Positions 63,250 to 64,000 of a stretch of DNA of 64,000 nucleotides are shown here, piece after piece (position 1 is the stretch's first letter; each line of letters starts with the position of its first letter). The position numbers and the translations under genes were made by a program. Origin of the DNA: Hydrolagus colliei (lineage: Eukaryota). The notes below the pieces were generated by a model. That model made no database searches. It was given only the letters and a program-made list of their open reading frames with translations, and was not told the DNA's origin. Location: assembly GCA_035084275.1 (NCBI GenBank), contig CM068757.1, positions 3,596,001-3,660,000 of the forward strand, written 5' to 3'.

Positions 63250-63446
63250 AACTCCCTCCCTCAATCCCTTCACCTCACCCCCTCCTCTCCCATCTTCAGG
63301 TCGCATGTAAAGACCTTCTCTTCAACCACGCTTACGGGCACTTCCCCCCTCCCCTTGGCTCTGTCTCGGGCTCTGCCATTGGGAAGCGCTCCGAGATGCC
63401 CACCCGGCGAGGAGGGAGGACGCTATATAAATACAAGTTGTTGTTA
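63250..63446 (+). mobile_element. L2 3' fragment
   Basis: TGGAACTCCCTCCC...CTCTTCAACCACGCTTACGG...GAAGCGCTCCGAGATGCC...CGCTATATAAATACAAGTTGTTG. Confidence 0.85.
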
Positions 63447-64000
63447 ATATTTATTCTGTTTTATGTAGGTTGTTCTAAGGACATTTCGCATCGAAAATGA
63501 CTGCTGTAAGTTACTAACGGTTTTCCACGAATAGGAATTCATTTTGAAGGGGAAGAAATACATTTAAATGCATTTCGCTGCTCCTCCTCATCACTGTCTA
63601 TAGCTACTGTCATGTAAATCGGACTGCAACAGTTATACTAGTTTGTGTGTTTCTTTTCATGCCATTTCTATTTCACTATCCCTTTAACAGGCTCCCAACT
63701 GCAGTTTGCCATTAGCTGCATCGTAACTAAAACTAGTCTCAATTTCAAGTCAGAAAAAATTATGACTCACTGAGTGAAACGAACATTTTAAGGCAGCATC
63801 ACTTTACATTTTAAGGCAAATTCGCTGTATATGCATGTGCAAAAGGCAACCTAACTAAATGTATCTACTCACCCACATATATATAGATAATGTATATATT
63901 CAATAATTTCATGGCCAATCTTTGACCCGGGAAACTTTTCAAAAGCAAAACAGCTTTGAACTTCAACTGAAGCATTGGAACACACAAGGGGGGTATATAA

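Noticed and set aside
1-64000. Prokaryotic-type systems (CRISPR array, operons) or an endogenous viral insert
   Set aside because: Repeats are dispersed SINE/LINE copies rather than regularly spaced arrays; there are no long ORFs or viral motifs

Overview
Eukaryotic, AT-rich vertebrate non-coding DNA, most likely from a cartilaginous fish. The repeat repertoire (tRNA-headed SINEs with Deu-SINE/L2-type tails, CR1 and L2 LINE 3' fragments, LF-SINE-like relics, a shark-type Penelope terminal repeat) suggests a chimaera/elephant-shark-like genome; this is inferred from remembered consensus sequences, not from a search. I recognise no protein-coding gene. The ORF track is explained by chance ORFs, microsatellites and degenerate retroelements; the only clear protein homology is LINE ORF2 remnants (best: CR1 at 8455-8980). 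The window looks like a gene desert or a very large intron, with repeat-free, homeodomain-site-rich blocks that may be conserved enhancers. The most notable items are an apparently intact minimal hammerhead ribozyme in a Penelope-like fragment (35568-35604, minus), a set of minus-strand candidate exons with strong splice sites (three join in frame), and LF-SINE-like relics. I see no convincing evidence of a new multi-gene system. Repeat boundaries are approximate (about +/-20 bp).
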